Shown here: piece after piece, positions 62,022 to 64,000 of the stretch
How the letters are laid out: the number at the start of each line of letters is the position of its first letter
Position numbering within the stretch: the stretch's first letter is position 1
From: an uncultured SAR86 cluster bacterium
GTDB lineage: Bacteria > Pseudomonadota > Gammaproteobacteria > Magnimaribacterales > D2472
DNA length: 64,000 nt
Assembly (NCBI GenBank): GCA_964275585.1
Contig: CAXYCJ010000006.1
Coordinates: forward strand, 83,387 to 147,386
Direction: 5' to 3'
Notes under the pieces: model-generated
The model's database searches: none
What the model was told of the DNA's origin: nothing
What the model saw: the letters and a program-made list of their open reading frames with translations, nothing else
Translations under genes and position numbers: made by a program

Positions 62022-63023
62022 CTTTTGTAAAGATTCGCGCATTACTAACTCTGATTTAAATTCCTTAGAGTTTGTTTGTTCGCTTAAACCATCAAATTTA
62101 GCCATTAATACTTTTGCGGCATGATTAGCCATTTTTTCGACTGGCTGTTTCACAGTTGTCAATGCTGGCCAGAGTTGATGAGCTATAGGTGAGTCATCAA
62201 AGCCAACTACCGACAGATCTGTTGGGATTTTAAGTCCTTTCATTTGAGCTGATTTCATAATTCCAGCTGCCATAGAATCATTGCTTGCAAATATTGCTGT
62301 TGGAGTATTACTTGAATGAAAAATCTCGACCCCGGCATCAAAACCAGATTTAAAACTAAAATTTCCTTGCTTAATCCAATGGTCATTTTGAGCAATATCA
62401 TTATTTTTTATTGCATCTAGATACCCGTTAAATCGAAGGGTGGACGCAGAGTGCTTTGAATGACCTTTGATGAAACCTATGTCTTTGTGACCATGTTTGA
62501 TAATTTCTGATGTAAGGGTGTATGCAGCTTCATAATCATTTGATGAAACATATAAAGAGTCAGGATTCATAATCTTAGGTGCAATAACTGAAAAATTAAT
62601 TTGATTTGAGGTTAAGTGGTTTAAAAAATCTTCCATATCACTCAGAGGAGGGGTGATAATTAATCCGTCAATTTTTAGATCCTCTACAAATTCAACAATT
62701 TCATTATTTAAGCTGGGAGATTGGTAATCACATTCTTGTATTACTAAATTGTAGCCAGTAAGCTTGCAAGCTTTAAAGATACCGCTTTGAACATCTGCTA
62801 AATATGCTTTATTCGGATTATCATAGAGTAAAGCAATTATATATGATCTTTTTGATCTTAAGCTTTGAGCGCTTTTATTTGGCTTAAAGCCAAGTTTTTT
62901 TACAGATGCAAGAACCTTATCCTTTGTTAAGTCTGCTACATTGACTTCATTATTGATAACCCTTGAAACAGTTTTAATTGATACTGCTGCGTCTTTTGAA
63001 ACATCTTTAATTGTTACTGACAT
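62016..63023 (-). CDS. LacI-family transcriptional regulator
   Basis: N-terminal HTH TIKDVSKDAAVSIKTVSRVINN plus a periplasmic-binding-protein-like sugar-binding core. Confidence 0.9.
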   Translation of the reverse strand: MSVTIKDVSKDAAVSIKTVSRVINNEVNVADLTKDKVLASVKKLGFKPNKSAQSLRSKRSYIIALLYDNPNKAYLADVQSGIFKACKLTGYNLVIQECDYQSPSLNNEIVEFVEDLKIDGLIITPPLSDMEDFLNHLTSNQINFSVIAPKIMNPDSLYVSSNDYEAAYTLTSEIIKHGHKDIGFIKGHSKHSASTLRFNGYLDAIKNNDIAQNDHWIKQGNFSFKSGFDAGVEIFHSSNTPTAIFASNDSMAAGIMKSAQMKGLKIPTDLSVVGFDDSPIAHQLWPALTTVKQPVEKMANHAAKVLMAKFDGLSEQTNSKEFKSELVMRESLQKL

Positions 63024-63077
63024 ATGTTTTTAATTATGATTGCCTTATCTTACTATTTTAATGATAATGTATGTTCT

Positions 63078-63093
63078 TTGACAACGATATCAA
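63078..63093. promoter_or_regulatory. LacI-family operator-like site
   Basis: TTGACAACGATATCAA. The inner 14 nt fit TGWNANCGNTNWCA. Lies in the divergent region between the LacI gene and the symporter gene, 14 nt before the symporter ATG. Confidence 0.4.
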
Positions 63094-63106
63094 TCAGGCA
63101 GTATTA

Positions 63107-64000
63107 ATGTTATTTAGCAACTTAGATATATTTATTGTCGCATTCTATTGCGTTGGAATTATATTTTTAGCTCAATATGTATCACGCTCTCAATCTGGCG
63201 TAGAAAAAACTACAGAAGATTACTTTTTAGCTGGTAGGTCGCTGCCATGGTGGGCGATTGGAGCTTCTTTAATTGCAGCAAATATTTCAGCTGAGCAAAT
63301 TATAGGTATGTCTGGTCAAGGCTTTGCGGTGGGGATGGCGATTGCTACATATGAGCTCACTGCAGCAATTGCTTTAATTGTAATGGCAAAATATTTCCTT
63401 CCACTATTTTTAGAGAAAAAAATCTATACCATGCCCCAATTTCTTGAGCAAAGATTTGATAAAAGAGTGAGTCTTGTTTTGTCATTTTTTTGGCTTGCTG
63501 TTTATGTATTTATTAATCTAACAAGTGTACTCTGGCTAGGGTCGCTAGCGATTAGCTCTTTGACGGGCTTAGATTTATTTTATGGTCTAGTTCTATTGGC
63601 ACTTTTATCTCTTGCATATTCATTATGGGGCGGTCTAAAAGCGGTAGCAATGACTGATATTATTCAAGTTGTCTTGTTAATTTTTGGAGGCCTATCAGTA
63701 TCTTACATAGCGTTAAATCAGATTTCTGATGGTGCTGGAATACTCAATGGCTTGGGTCAAGTTTATCAATTACTACCAGAGAAATTTGACATGATTCTGT
63801 CTCCTGATCATGAGGCTTATCAAGATTTGCCAGGTGTTTGGGTCTTGATTGGTGGTCTTTGGATCGCGCATTTTGCATACTGGGGCTTTAATCAATACAT
63901 AACTCAAAGAGCCTTGGGAGCTAAATCTTTGCCAGAGGCGCAAAAAGGAGTCATGTTTGCTGCATATTTAAAGCTTTTGATGCCTTTTGTTGTAGTGCTT
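63107..64000 (+). CDS. Sodium:solute symporter (SSS/SGLT family), 3' end outside the window
   Basis: The ATG at 63107 is open to the window end (298 codons). YFLAGRSLPWWAIGASLIAANISAEQIIG signature region. Confidence 0.85.
   Translation, partial: MLFSNLDIFIVAFYCVGIIFLAQYVSRSQSGVEKTTEDYFLAGRSLPWWAIGASLIAANISAEQIIGMSGQGFAVGMAIATYELTAAIALIVMAKYFLPLFLEKKIYTMPQFLEQRFDKRVSLVLSFFWLAVYVFINLTSVLWLGSLAISSLTGLDLFYGLVLLALLSLAYSLWGGLKAVAMTDIIQVVLLIFGGLSVSYIALNQISDGAGILNGLGQVYQLLPEKFDMILSPDHEAYQDLPGVWVLIGGLWIAHFAYWGFNQYITQRALGAKSLPEAQKGVMFAAYLKLLMPFVVVL

Noticed and set aside
1-64000. Window-wide search for CRISPR arrays, rRNA, IS elements or transposases, integrases, prophage genes, and classical multi-gene defence systems (RM with a methyltransferase, CBASS, retrons, toxin-antitoxin pairs).
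   Set aside because: I saw no short-period direct-repeat arrays, no rRNA-like sequence, and no transposase, integrase, reverse transcriptase, cyclase or methyltransferase-endonuclease pairs in the six-frame translations. The two patatin-like genes have no cyclase or sensor partner. They look like ordinary lipases rather than CBASS-type effectors.

Overview
This is an AT-rich, densely coding chromosomal window. It holds about 60 protein genes and one tRNA-Gly(GCC). I found no rRNA, CRISPR array, IS element, integrase or phage genes by eye. The gene content suggests a streamlined marine gammaproteobacterium: three TonB-dependent receptors, many secreted or lipoprotein hydrolases, and a Xanthomonas-type arginine operon. 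That taxonomic guess is inference only.

Recognisable core genes:
- metB, rhlE, typA, glcB and pyk.
- The operon argF'-argG-argE-arg(A/B)-argC-argH.
- A hyuA-hyuB-cysteine hydrolase cluster behind a TonB-dependent receptor.
- An HMG-CoA-lyase-like gene paired with a family III CoA-transferase.
- A GH2 glycosidase, two patatin-like lipases, an S1/P1 nuclease, and a LacI regulator divergent from a Na+/solute symporter.

Observations most worth a second look:
1. Two ~295-bp noncoding modules, ~96% identical and ~10.4 kb apart (49236-49530 and 59658-59953). Each has a near-consensus sigma70 promoter, a ~220-nt purine-rich region with no ATG, and an intrinsic terminator. One sits directly upstream of a patatin-like lipase gene and the other upstream of pyruvate kinase. 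They could be paralogous sRNAs or a portable promoter-leader-attenuator cassette.
2. A decayed, repeat-bounded islet just upstream of tRNA-Gly. It holds a ~0.7-kb cassette flanked by perfect 24-bp direct repeats. The cassette encodes a solo DpnI-like PD-(D/E)xK/zinc-ribbon nuclease domain. A frameshifted MORN-repeat gene lies next to it.
3. A tightly packed five-gene minus-strand operon: outer-membrane protein, periplasmic HMA protein, MerT-like membrane protein, CsoR-type repressor and a PepSY membrane protein. There is no merA or merR.
4. A terminator/antiterminator leader upstream of metB, which is a riboswitch candidate.
5. Tandem RRM-type RNA-binding protein genes with a mosaic identity pattern that resembles gene conversion.
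6. A 50-codon N-terminal remnant of an IbpA-like small heat-shock gene, fused by ATGA overlap to a pair of unknown lipoprotein genes.

All calls rest on reading the sequence and the supplied translations. No database search was run.
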